Assembly: GCA_012295275.1 (NCBI GenBank)
Contig: CM022670.1
Span: 25,048,001 to 25,112,000 of the forward strand
DNA: 64,000 nt
Reading direction: 5' to 3'
DNA from: Chrysomallon squamiferum
Taxonomy: Eukaryota > Animalia > Mollusca
Shown: positions 1 through 34,000 of the stretch, piece after piece
Position numbering within the stretch: position 1 is the stretch's first letter
How the letters are laid out: each line of letters opens with the position of its first letter
The notes under the pieces: model-generated
The model's input: only the letters and a program-made list of their open reading frames with translations
What the model was told of the DNA's origin: nothing
Databases searched by the model: none
Position numbers and translations under genes: made by a program

Positions 1-37
1 TAATTACTGAAGAAATCAAATCTCAGTTTTACTGTAC

Positions 38-20055
<20,018 letters not shown>

Positions 20056-21828
20056 TGCTGAGGTTTCCTATTTTCTTTTTTGGTTTTAAATCAGTCAATG
20101 AAATAGTGTTTGAGAATTGTTAACAATCCATCTGAAAAACATGTGGCATACAATTTAATAAAATAATAACAAGACTAAATTAATGTTAACTGTTTCTGGA
20201 TCAAGGGTTTGTAAAACAACAACAGAAAAAAAACATGTTAAAAACATCTTCATCTGAATGGGAAAAACATGAAATGATTGGTCTGAATTTAAAAATAAAT
20301 TATCCTGAATTCTTAAAAAAAAAAAAAAGAAAAAGAAAACAAGAATAATAACAATAATAATAATATAATAAAATATAAATAAAACAATAAACAGAAAGAA
20401 CAAACAAGCCACAATTAAAAGAGAATGGAAATAAACATGAAAGAAGTTGATATAATTCTGGATAGCTAAAAACAAAGTAGTAGTAGTAATAATAATAATA
20501 ATAAATAAATAAAATAAATTAAAATAATAAAATTGTTGCTTATCAAAAAAGATTGAGATTCTTATCTAATGTGGTTATATACAAACAAAAGACATCTGTA
20601 TAATCATTACTTCTTATATACCATAGTATGAAAAGTAAGCAGTTATGTTTTTATTTAATTTGTTTTATTTAAATATTATCAAATGTGAATAAATAATTTT
20701 CTCTTGACCTTTTGTGCATGGTAATTTGCATCTCATACTAAACAACATTTTTAAATAATCATTTTTCATAAAACAAATTCACAAATCAAACCTTTCTAAT
20801 GATGATCAGTATTTGATTGCATAAGAAATAAAGATTAGCAGATACTTTATTACTGTGGTAAATAAAATTGATTGGTTTTTGTATTTGTATTTAATTTAAT
20901 ATATATTATATGGTAAATTACCCTACAGGTGTCAAAAATTTCATTAACAAAGTAGTATACACTTATCATAATAATGTGTGAGTGTTTAATCTCAAGTAAC
21001 TGAAATACAATAAGCATTAATTACCCTGTTATCTAAAGAAATCTATGATACATGATTACTGTAGAGCATAAATTATAATATTGGTCTGCATACAGAGTGT
21101 TGAAAAAGGTGGGGGGTTTGAAACATACTCAAAGGAAAAAAGAAAAATGTAGAAAATTCATCAGCAGAAATTATGAAGTTCAGATGAAGTTCAAATTATG
21201 AAATTATGTGGCAGTCTGACAGTTTAAAATAAAAACAACCAAAGCACATTAATGCCACACAATATTTTGTTTTAATCTTTATTTATTTATTCATGAAAAT
21301 AATCCAATCCTAATAAATATTCACTCAAAAGGTAAATGTTTTGCAGTAATAATTCTGAAACTGAGAGCAACAGTCATATTTGCAGCAAACGTTTGGTGAC
21401 ATTAGATGAACTTATGCTTTAAAAAGAATAGAAAGAAAAGAAAGAGAAAAACGTAAATTAATTATACAACAGAATAAATTTTATCTACTGATTACTTAAA
21501 ATTTCAAGTCCAAAATACTTAAAACAAAAATTAACTTTGTTGTATTATTTCTAAACCTAAATTTAAAATTAAACTAGTAAATGTAAAAAAGTTTTAAGTA
21601 AATATAAAATATTGATATTTCAGTTTTAAAATATTAAAAAACTGCTTTTGTTTGACACGCATATTATTCTCACTGTATAGTTTAAGAAATGTATTTAGCA
21701 TACGATAAAATACATCAACGAAAATAGGTACAAAACAGATATAATCAAACTAAATTATTGCTTCAGTTGACTAAGTGAACGCCAGATGCATTGCAAATAA
21801 TCTAAAAATAAATATATCTAATACGTAC

Positions 21829-22150
21829 CTTTCATACTACAACAGATTTGACAAGAATTTATTTTTTTAATCATTAACAGTGTCTTGAAATTAAAAAAAA
21901 GTGTACAGGCATTATTTCGAGTAAGTTGGAATGCTGCAACTACAACAACTTTACAATGGTGGGTTTCATTGGTGTTAATATTGCAGCCAATAGCCAATTC
22001 ATTGTTAACCAATCTCTAAGCTTGTAGTAAAACAACTTTGCTTCCGTTTGGTGTCTGCGTACTACACTTTCATTTCCAATGTGGCACGTTTCCAAAAATG
22101 TGAAGTTTATTATTTAAGCTCTTATTAATTAATTTACCAAGTGAGAAGGG
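21829..22150. promoter_or_regulatory. Probable bidirectional promoter and 5' non-coding exons of DYNC2H1 and the DCUN1D4/5-like gene
   Basis: Minus-strand donor AAG|GTACGT at about 21829 would join the acceptor at about 20131, upstream of the DYNC2H1 ATG. Plus-strand donors at 22141 (CAA|GTGAGA) and 22150 (G|GTAATG). Between them are three CCAAT boxes (about 21987-22013) and an ETS-like CTTCCG (about 22041). TSS positions are inferred. Confidence 0.5.
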
Positions 22151-23107
22151 TAATGTATTTTTTTTCAATTGAAACAGAATTTATTGTGTTCTAAGTCCTG
22201 TTTTTATTTACTTTTGAGAACGTTTTTAAATCTTTGAATTTCGATTTGACGTTGGCGTAATTAGCAGTATCAGTAAGACTAGAGTAATCAAGTGATTTTT
22301 ATGATTTTAATTTTTCGTTTTTAAATTCATTTAAATATCAATTTTGGCTTTTATGGTTCATTTAAGAAGAAGATTTCTCTTTTGAAGAGCTAAACACTAT
22401 TGTTTTGGCAAATTCTCCAATTTTTAATTGTTATTTTTTTTAACTATTATTAGATTAACTGTGAAGGAAAAATAAATTTAAAGGTTACAAATTATAAAAA
22501 TGTCTGGAGAATTATGCACACGATTACATCATAATGCCAACAGTTACAATTTCATTTTGCAGGTATTTTGAAAGTAGAACTGGCAGAATATATAAAATTA
22601 CAAGAGTAAATTAAAAATTGTTATTAATTTGTTATTTATACATATCAGGCACAAATATATTCTAAACATTTTTTTTTTTTTTTTAATTAATTTCACTGTT
22701 GATATTGTCCATTAACTTAGTAATGATTTTTATTTTTAAGATACCATTTATAAATTAAAAGATAAATATATATAATTGTAAATAAATGTATTTTAATAAA
22801 CTGAATGAATGTGTATAAACAGCTTCTTATCAAAGCTAATACTTGTAATTCTGAATTAGAAATAAGGTGCATTTTTAAAAAAGAAAAATTTACTGGAATA
22901 CATTTTCACTCAGAACTTGAAAAATATGAAGAATTCTGATTTACAAATCCAGAAATACTATGAATAGATATTAATTTTGCATTTACATCAGTTTTTAAAC
23001 ATTTTAGTTCATTTCAAAGAAACATTTGATTACATTTCTAAACTAAATAACTGAAAATTATTTGGAATGTTTATATGATAATATATATAACTTGTTTTTT
23101 GTTTCAG

Positions 23108-23203
23108 AACTACTGATCTGATGAAGACAGGTGTCACAGTGTTTTCATCCTGGATAACGGAGACTGCTCAGGTAGAGCTCTGTATGCAAAATTTGATACA
23201 CTG
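23108..23203 (+). other. Upstream exon of the DCUN1D4/5-like gene (5' UTR or N-terminal extension)
   Basis: TTTTTGTTTCAG acceptor, CTG|GTACGT donor, 96 nt, locally GC-richer than its flanks. Joins the acceptor at 24092 in phase 0 with the main frame. Confidence 0.6.
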
Positions 23204-23693
23204 GTACGTTATTATTATTATTATTATTTTTTTAATTAATCAATATGAAAGACATTTACAATTAAAAATTTAATACAATTATCATTTAATATGTAAACTC
23301 CTTACTTCTTTAATGTTTGGGAAAATGTAAAGTAGTTAAATGGTTATTTTCAATAATGTAGCTGTTCATGTTATTTTAATTTATATATATATATATATAT
23401 ATATATTGCATGTCCTTTCTTCTTCTTTTTTTTATTAATAAATAAATTAAAATGTTTAGTTAAACTTAAAACTGTTTAAAATATATATTTTGTTTGATAG
23501 AAAGTTTAAATGTTACAGCTTCTAAAATCCTAGATTCACACAGGTGTTTGAATGAGCTGATGGCAAACCTTATTTAGTCCAACTGTTTATTAAAATAATG
23601 TTTCTGCTTTCATATATAATAGCACAAATTTAACAAGCCAAAGCATTTTTTTTCCAACAATCTTAGGATTTTGATTATGATATATATTATGTA

Positions 23694-23731
<38 letters not shown>

Positions 23732-24169
23732 CAAAAAGAAAATTTTATTATAATGATAAATATATTTACCTGATCAGAATATATTTTAACAGTTATAATG
23801 CTGATTTTTTCATTGGTGTTATACATATATTTGTAATTATATATACATTTTTAACCAAATACATAATTAGGACTTTTAAAAAAATAAAAACAAAAATAAT
23901 AATTGAGATAACGTAAACCACAGACAGACATTTTAATCAGTTAATTTTCTGTGATAATGATAATTGTCATTTAATTAAAATGGAAAAATTCAACAAACTA
24001 ATCTAAATCTCTCCAACACTGGAGATCAATCCAACATTAAATTTAATATTTATTTTGATTATAATATTTACCACTTTTTCTTTTTATGCAGACCTTGAGT
24101 GAAGGTCATATTAATCGTTCTGGTTTTTCAACATCTTCCATATCAAGTAGTGGCAACAGTTTTTATGTC

Positions 24170-27100
24170 ATGCCGACAAGGAAAAAAAGACGATCTCCCC
24201 CAGTTGATGAAACTTTTGGCAAAAGGCCGCGAGTAAGTCCATGGTAAGTTGAATTTTTGATAATATTTTTTATGTTTTGAAATAATATTAATAATGGGGT
24301 TTGAAATTAAAAGGTAGAAATAGCCAAAATACTTGAAATGCATCAACAACTATGTCAGGAGCAATCATTTACACTCATAATTTTTATATCTTACCTGATT
24401 TGGTAAGATATTCAGTTTAAATGCTAAATTGGTAGTAATTTATGTAAAAAATAGTTCATTTATTTACCAGTTTAGTTTTATTTAAATCTAAGTTGCTTAG
24501 ATAAACATAATTAAAACATTTTTAATTTTATTTTAATTTTATTTTAAAATAATATACAAAACAACAGAAATGGGTATAAAAATCCATGTATTTGTTTAAC
24601 AAAAGAGAGTAGACCTGTCTTCCCCCCACAACAGGGTGGTACCTTCCCCTCCCTTTGAATAACTTGATAAATTGGTAATATACTGAAAAAGATGAGCAAA
24701 CAACGTTAATCTAAACATTATAATCAAAAATGGATTTATAACACAGTGATAATGGGGAAAACTAAGCTTATTTATTATTCTTTGACTCAGCTGTTATATA
24801 GTATGAATATAATAAAGGTTTAAATTTGTTGCTTCTTGTAATCCAAGACACTTAAAATTCAGTATTTGGTAACACTCATTTTATTCATTGGTTTTCAGAT
24901 TCACTAACAAATAAAAATAATTGAGTTTTGCCTGTTCTTATTAATTTTTATTGCCAATGAAACTAACTAATTTAATGGTGTTATTTTATCCTTTATTTAT
25001 GAAAGGATAAAATAAGACCATTAAATTAGTTAGTTTTATTGGCAATATGTATATATATATATATATAATCTGTCTACTAGAACTAATTTTGTGAAAATAG
25101 TTAAATCTTTTTTTCTTTTGTGTAATTTTAGAAACAGGTTGGTTTTTTTCAACTACTTGTTTTTGCTTGAAATTATAATTACACTACTTACTGTACAGCC
25201 TGAATATAATTCCAAGAAAAAAAATAAGACCAAGAAGGTGGTTATGTTTAATTGGCAGTAAAAATTAATAATAATGTACAGATCTCAGTTGTTTTTATTC
25301 ATCAATGAATCTGAAAAGCTGCCAAATACAGAATTGTCTTAATGTGGGAATATCAGTTGTTTTGGATACAGGATGTCTTGGTTATGAGATTTCTAGAATT
25401 TGTAATAATAAAAGAAAAAAATATTTAAAAAAAACAATAAAAAACAATTTTTTTTTTAGTATATTATAATCAAATAGTTTCAAGAGATTATTTTTTTTCA
25501 TATGAACCTTCCCTTAAAGTTATGACAATGCTTTTTGATAAACAAGTCATGGAAACAGAGCCGTTAATAATTCGTACAGTAGTAAAAGGGTGAAAGGTCA
25601 TGGGAATGATCATCTGAGTTGTGAAGTTTTATCGTATTATCTGTTTTAATTTTAACTGTTTTTTTTTAAATAACTCTCACCACACCCCCTCTCACAAAAA
25701 AGAATGTTACAAATATCTTTTGATTTGTTCAGTTAATAAAATTTATCATTATGCTGCCTATAAGTTAAGAAGTATAATTTCCTAACTTTATCATATCCCA
25801 TCATTGTCATTAACATGTGTTTGTTCTCTGTAAGAAAAAAAAATAAAACATATATTAAAAGTTAAAAGTTACTAAGAATAGAATATTTTAATAACTGTAT
25901 TTTTAATTTATTGCTTTTGCAAGTAATTATCATATTAATTTAAAAGAAAAACTATTAAGTTGCTGGGAAAGCAAATGAGTATTTTATTATTCCATTACAC
26001 TACATTTTAATTCTAATGGTTATTAGATGTTAAATGTTTTGTCTGTTTGTTTTTATATTATAATGATAATATGTGTTGCCATCCTTCGGTAATAACTGTT
26101 GATTAGCAGTAAGGAATCTTTTTAATTCTACACTGTCTTAGATATATAATTTGTATGAATCTTGAAAAAGCTTTATTGAGAACTATTTGATTGATAAACA
26201 ATCTTCAGTCATCCCTTTTATGCCCAAGTAAATTTTCAAAATGTTTTAAATAACACATTTCTTCCTTGATAATTTTTACGAAGTTTTCCATAATGAAATA
26301 ATTTTCAGTATTTTTATTTCTTTCTTGATAAGTTTTATGTACATGTTGTATTACTGGTCTATGACAGTGTTTCTTCTTGTTGAAAAATGTTGTTTGCAAT
26401 AAACCTTCTTCTTGTCTTGCATGTAATTGTGACTAACTTTTTGGAGAGCTTTTGTGAAATCTAAATGTCTGAATCACATAATATTTATATAATTGTTATT
26501 AATGTCACTTTTAAAGTATTACTATATTTTATAAAGTACTGAAGTCATCAAATAGTCCACTTTATTTTAACTTTTTGATACAATCTTTTACATAAATTAC
26601 GCCTTTTTACTCTTAATATTGCTGTTGTTTGTATTCAGGGGACATTACTCTTGGTAAACTCTTACATCCAGCTCACTATTAAAATTCTTCCAGTTTTTTT
26701 TCTTGTTTTTTTATATTTTTATATTTTTTTATAGTTATTTCATTACTATATGTATTTTAATCTGCTTCTGTTTAATTACATTATTCGAGATTTTTATTAT
26801 TTCATTGGATTAAAATTAAAATTATTTCTGTTTCTTTTCTTTATTGTTATGTAAATTACCTAACAAAATTATGTGATGCATAATAGGTACTTAAAACCAG
26901 TAGTATTTATAATTAATAAAATAAGAATGTTTGTAATAATGGAATTAGTTTTTTTATATACTTTATATTGTTTTAAAATATGCAAATTAAAAATGGAAAA
27001 AAAAAAAATGTTCAGCCCAAAATCATATTTTAAATCAACAGTCAGAATATTTCATATTATTACTAAATTTAAAAATGATCATTTCTAATAAATTAATATA

Positions 27101-30100
27101 ATCCTTTTTTTTTTCTTCCCCCAAAATACAAGTACTACTGATTAATTGTAATGTTTATTTATAGGTTTTAAAATCTTTTGGGGGCTTTGAATTTACTTGT
27201 TCAAAATTTTTTAAATATTGTATCTTTTTTTTTCTTAATCTTTAATTTAATTGTTTATATATTTCAAATGGCATAATAATAATTATTATAGATTAAAAAA
27301 AAAAAGAATAAAATAATTTCAAACATGCATAATATATATGTGCACAAATATGTTATAAAAATAATTTACAATATTCGTAATGTTGATGCTTGCAAATTAT
27401 AATATTTTTGTTAACAATTTAAATCCATTGATAAGTAACCTGGAAGTTTGATAGAATCCAAACATGCTGTTTGATGGCAAAGCTAAGACATTCTGAAAAT
27501 GTAGCTGCAGCTGACTGTAAATCAGTTGTCAGATAGTTTCTGTTGTTTTTCTGTATCGCCAGTCATAATTCTGGCAAAAATAAGAGAGCTTAACATCAGT
27601 GTATCAGTATTTGAAATTCATTATTATGAAGCATCTCCTATTCTTTTCTAAGACTGCTGCTTGGTAGAAATTTTCTCACTTTGTTTAGCACATCTCTGTC
27701 ATTGGCTATATTTTTTAAAAGTAGATATAGAGTACTTGTTTATGTAAAATATAAATAAATAGTATGTGTAACGAGCAAAGGTTTGTTTTGTTGCTGCATG
27801 TAAAAAAGTGTTTTTCTTTTTCTTTATTAAACTGTTAGCTTTTCTTTTTCTTTTTCTTTATTAAACTATTAACTTTTCTTTTTCTTTTTTGTTATTTCTT
27901 ATATTTTTTAGATTTATATTCATAGAGGGCAAATCATTTTAGGGATATCCTTATATTTAATAACAAATTTAATAATAAGAATTACTAGTGATATCAGATC
28001 ATGACTCATGAATATTAAGTAGTCTGTAGTGAGATGGTAATATACTATGAAAGATACACACACACAAAATATGATACACATTGATGTTATTATTCTTTTA
28101 CTTTTTCTTCAAACAGAAATGACTTTAAGGATGTCCATATATTTAATCCTATAATTTAACAATATTATTAGTGATAACTGACCTCATGGCTCATGAATAT
28201 TAAGTAGTCAGTAGTTGATATATTATCAAACATGTGAAAGATACAGATACAAAAAATATGTATATTCCAGTGATACATTATTATTTTGTTACTTTTTCTT
28301 GAAACAGAAATGATTTTCAAACACCATTTCTGGGATTGTTCTAGTATTCTGATAGCGAAAGACAAATTGCTGCAAGTAAATTACCAAAAAATACTTGAAT
28401 AAAATATATGTATTATTTAAAATATTTGTATTTTATGATTATGTTCGAAATATATTCTTATATACTGTTAAATTTATATATTTACTAAAGTGATATTTTT
28501 ATAAATTAGGGGAAAAAAATAATAATAAATAAAAATATTAGAATTGTATTAAAGAAGTTTAAAGATACAAATAATAATTAAAAAAAACAACAACAAACAA
28601 ACCAATGACAGTCATGATGCTGATAAAATAAGCTTGGGTGGCACAACCAATGATTTTTAAAACACACAGGTACAAATCCAGACCTTCACACTAGAACACA
28701 GCAGTTTTTATTGATCCTTTGGTTCCCTATTTAAACCACCATATCTCCATTGCTAACTGTTGTCAGTTTTCCACTTTCTTTCATATATGTTATTAAAATA
28801 TACATCTGCATAATATGAACAGTTTTATTCTATTAAACAACTTTTTGTGCCGAGTATATATAATTTATGAATGTATCCATGAAAATTAAGAGATTTATTT
28901 CTTTGTCACATGTCACCTTAAGCATAACATGAATGCAGGTATTGATTAATGAAGATGCAGTCCTTCAAGTATTTTCCTGGTTTAGGACACATGAGTCATT
29001 GTACCTTTTTTTAATTTTTTTTTTTTTTTTTTTTTTATTAATATGAAACAACATATAAAAATTATGAATATTACATTGTTATTTTGTTCTATTTTATTAT
29101 TAAAATTTGGTAGGTGTTATATTTTTAAAATTTGTTTTTAATTTTTATGATTAATCTCGATTATAAATGAACAAATAGGTTATTTACCAAAAGAAAGAAA
29201 GAAAATAATATAAATATATATATTTTAAATGTAACTAATTAAATGAAGTAATAAAGTCAAAAATCATTATTTATTTCCCGTTTCACTCGAAATGGAATTA
29301 TAATTAATTTTAGCAAACAGATTATTTTGTAATTACTTTTCTCTGGACCCATAGAAATAATAAATTAATAATTTCTTTAGTAGATGATTTCAATTATTAT
29401 ATTTGCTGATGTTTGAAGAAGCAGGATATTAGATTTAAATAATTTTATTTTTAATTTCGTTTTCGATTAAATCAATAAGTGAAAATAACACAAGTAAATT
29501 CAATTTTTATTTTAAATGTTAGAGATTATATTATTTATAGAATTTGAAAAATAAAGAAAAAAAGAAGAGATAATAATAATAATAAAAGTAAGAATGTTGT
29601 ACTAAGACCTTAAAAACAAGTATGATATACAAGTGTGCGCTGTCAGAATACAACACTGCTGATTCCTTGTGTAGTAATCAATATTATTCTGTTTAGCTTT
29701 CACTGATTTGGACATCAACAATTATTTTAAAACCTGTTTGTTGCTGATGTATTTACATATTACAGAATATCTGTAGTGCACATAATTATATTATGAGTTA
29801 ATTCCAATATGTGAGGATGTAAAGTAATACAATATCTAGCCGTTCCTGCTGCATGTTCCTGCACCAGTTACTTGCAGCACATAGTGGTTGGTTAACTGCC
29901 AAATGTTGTGATACCAGAATAGTTTGGATGCATGCCCGTTCAGCTGATCAGTTCACTTGTAAATAGCACACCATTAATCTGATGTGTCCTGTGTACAAGC
30001 AGCGTGTTTTCCAGTCTGTAACACTCACTTGTTTTTGCTTTACTGGCCTGGACTGAACTACACAATCTAACCTCACTGTACGGTATCAGTAACATCATTT

Positions 30101-31029
30101 GGCCCTTGGCAGTTTTGGGCCTTTATGGACTTTATGTACTGTCATTTGTAGTTCTTATTAATTCATAAGGAAATACACAAGTATAAGGCCAGCATGAGTG
30201 TACATCTTTTCACTGTATGGTGCAGAAAGGAATATTACCATCTGTTAGAGGTGTAATTGTACAGTGTGTGAATTCCCTTGCTGTATGAGGGATACAGGAA
30301 TATGTGTACCAGAGCAAGTGTTTTTTAACTACTGCTGGTGTTTCTCATAATGTACTGGTATGTATCAAAATCAGTGATCTTTTCCCAACATTATATATAT
30401 AACACAGCAATGTTAAAAAAAGTGAACACAAAACTGCTTGTTGTATTAAAGTTACTGTGTATGTATTTATATTTCTGGATGCTGAAGTCTTGTTAAACAT
30501 GTTCTGATATTTTAATCTCATTATCATTGTATCAAATTTTGTTCTTTAATCAAATTCATTTAGAATTAGCTACATTCTAATTATAATTCTCTTTTACTGT
30601 TAACTGATTGTATTGAAGGTGACATATAGTTAAAATTCCATCATTCATATGAGATATTCATGTGGTAAATCTGTTTACTTTTGTACTGTAATTTACATAC
30701 TGTATCATTAATGCCATATGTGTAAACTACATTCAGTGTCATTAATACTGTCTCAGTAAACTTCATTCTGTATCATTAATACTGTGTTTGTAAATATTTA
30801 TTCAGATTTTTTAAATATTTGTTTTTATAATCCTAATTACATTTTTTATAAGTTCTTGCATAGGCCTGAAGTAAATAAATAAACATTATAACATAATTTC
30901 AGGCAGGTCATACATGCCAAATTCAGTTGTACACAGACAGCTGTTACATGCTGAACATATTTGTAATATTTCTTGAACATACCTGTTCTGTTGACCTGAT
31001 AAAACCTGTGTGTATGGTATTTGTATTTG

Positions 31030-31082
<53 letters not shown>

Positions 31083-34000
31083 TGTATAATCTTTAAGCTT
31101 TACCTTTCAAATTCATTATATAAAACAATTCTGTTTGTTTTAGCCCTATTCATAAACAACTTTAATATTGTATTTAAATAGATAGTTGGTTTCAGAGGTT
31201 TTAGCTGTACATTGTCATAAAATGAAGGGAACATGGATTTTCTAACACTTATGTTAAAATCTGTATTCATCACAACACACACACACACTCACACACACAC
31301 ACACACACATACACATTCATTTAACAGTAAAATACAAACTGCATTGAATTTGGATGAGACCATATTTGTTTATTTATCCCTGTGGGCTATACAAAACACA
31401 AGTACCATGATAATCATAATAAAAACATTGAGCAGCTTAATCAGAATGGTCACATTTGATGTTTACATTCATGATAATTGTTCTTCTTTTTGTTCTTACT
31501 ATTTAAATATGATATATGTAATTAAATGCATACCAATAAACCATTGTTTACAATCACTGGTGATAAGTACGCAAGTTGTATTCAGTTAACGTTTAAGTAG
31601 ATAATCATGCAATATAGATTCTTAATTCTGTTTCTGAATTCCTATGGATAAATGGTGAAGAATTTTTTTCACTGCTGTCTGGAATATTGATTTTCAAATT
31701 AGGTGTTGCTATAGAAATCACTGGACAGCTTCAGTCAAGGGGAAAAATAAAATGTAAAAAAAAATAATTAGAATTTATTAATCTTGTGAAAAGAGAAATT
31801 TTGAAGAACCTTTTAGATTACAAAATCAGCATTAGCAATTCTGTTGTCTGTGTATGTGTTTGTGTGTGTGAGTGTGTGTGTGTAAGACCACATGTGCATT
31901 TGTGTGTGCTTCTGCCCATGTATGTTTTCTGTTATATATTAGAAATGAATACAAACCACAGAAAATTAATTTACTCCATTTCCAAAATATGGTATACATT
32001 TTTTTATACTTACTTAAAATGAAAATAACCTGTTCTATGTATACATATATATTTATATATATATATATACATATAAAACACAAGTATCATGATAATCATA
32101 ATAAAAACATTCGCTTCTTAGTTACATCAGTATGGTCACATTTGATGTTTACACACACAAAGTTGCCAGAACATTTGGTGGATGCTGCCATTTATTAATA
32201 GCTGTTTGGATTAGTGAACACATCTCATTTATTAAAATAGTATTGCAGACTTCTGCTTTAATATTCCTATAGTGTAATATTCTAATACAATATGTTTCTC
32301 TTCTTTTATTGAAAATTAGATTTCATAAGATAAGATTTTAAAATGTATTCATTTGTGACTGTTAAAAAAATCATGCTGGTATTGTATGTAGTACATATTG
32401 TACATATAAATCACACTGAGAAGAAAGAAAAAGAAAATAATACTTAAAAAGAATACCTGATTCTGCAGTCACTTATATAACAGTGATTCATCCATAGTAA
32501 CCAGTAGCTGTAAAATTTTCTTTCATATATAACTAATGAATTAATCATAGTCATATCTGATTTATTTTCACAACAAGCAAGTGAAGATGGATACAAATAT
32601 TTGTATTGTATTTTGATTATAAGGAATTTTTATATATAGATCAACATTCATATAAAAGAACACAAATGTTGATGACATCACTTTTCATTGTTGTTGTCCT
32701 TTGCTCCATGGTAATGACCTTGTCTCATAATCTGCTGACATCACAAGATAGCCACGATGTATGTTAATAGATAACAATAATTGTTTGCTGAAGGAAATGA
32801 CTTAATATGTAATTATCTTAGAATACATATTTTTGTACCTTAGAAAGAACTGATTATTCTTAAATTGTAAAAATTTAATGATAAGAATGGGTAAATCGTG
32901 GCTTACTAAACAGATGGATATTGTATTGAAGTAAGTTGTAGAAGACCAAGTGAGTAATAAAGTTTTCAGTTAAGAGAACAAATTTAAAGCTGTATTTTAA
33001 AATAATTTTATATTTTAAAATTTATTATATTTTCCATTGCATTTTTAAAGTTATGTACATGTTTATGACAGATATAAACTGTTTCTGATTGAATTAAAAT
33101 TTTGCATGATACTCTGAACTGATAGATTTTTTAAAGTAAATATAATCTGCCAAATATCTGTATGCTGATGCTGAATATGATATAAAAATTTAATATACAA
33201 TTGAAATTTTATACAAATTATTACATGATTTTTGCATATATTGATCCAGTTTAAATATTTACCTTTTCACATCTTAAGAAAAGTTATATTTGATTGTAAG
33301 CTATGAAACAAATATTTATAAGCATGATATATGTAACTATGAGGATGACTCATAGGAATTACTTTTATTTAATTATTGTAATTATTTTTGAAATATTATA
33401 TTAATCTACATATATATAAAATTATGGTAAATGTGCATTTGACTTTTGATGCCAAAACCCCCCCAAAAAAACCATAATAATTTAAAAAAAAAAAAGAAGA
33501 AAACAAAAAATTGGAAATTCTAAATATTAAATAAATGAAATGATGTAAAATTTGATTGGCAATATTTTATTAAAAATGATTGCTGCAGGATTGATATTCT
33601 TAGTTTATAACGATGTTTGTATATCAAAAAAATTAATAATTCTGAGCAGAGATGAAAATAGAGATAATTTTGTTGTATGTGTGGTAGTAAATTTATCAGC
33701 ATTAAAGGCCGTGCACTGTCAGTGAAGTACCTGAAAATAGTTACAATCACTGTACACAATATTTAATTTTTTATTTAATTATCCTGTTCATTAATTGCAA
33801 ATACATTAAGTCTGACTGCATATATATTAGTCAGACACTTGAAGGTATTTACTCATGTTTAAGTTCATTATGATATACAGAAGAAAAAATGCACCTGTTT
33901 CAGGAGATGTGTTACACTGGCTGTTATCCACGATTTTATTTCTTTTCAGGGCAAGAAAAGATCCCGATGAAGGGTTCAGTTCCAAGCGATGTTCAGCATG

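Noticed and set aside
21900-22100. RFX X-box expected for an IFT gene
   Set aside because: Only partial matches seen; no convincing GTNRCC-N0-3-RGYAAC.
28020-28060. GTAGTGAGATG matches the 3' end of miR-71
   Set aside because: No seed upstream and no hairpin; it is part of a diverged tandem duplication.
29872-29915. TTGCAGCACATAGTGGTTGGTT resembles vertebrate miR-15a
   Set aside because: Seed mismatch, a poor hairpin with no proper loop, and the family is not expected in this lineage.
32668-32742. Possible C/D snoRNA (TGATGA...CTGA)
   Set aside because: Imperfect C box, only a 3-bp terminal stem and no recognisable rRNA guide; better explained as an internal promoter region.
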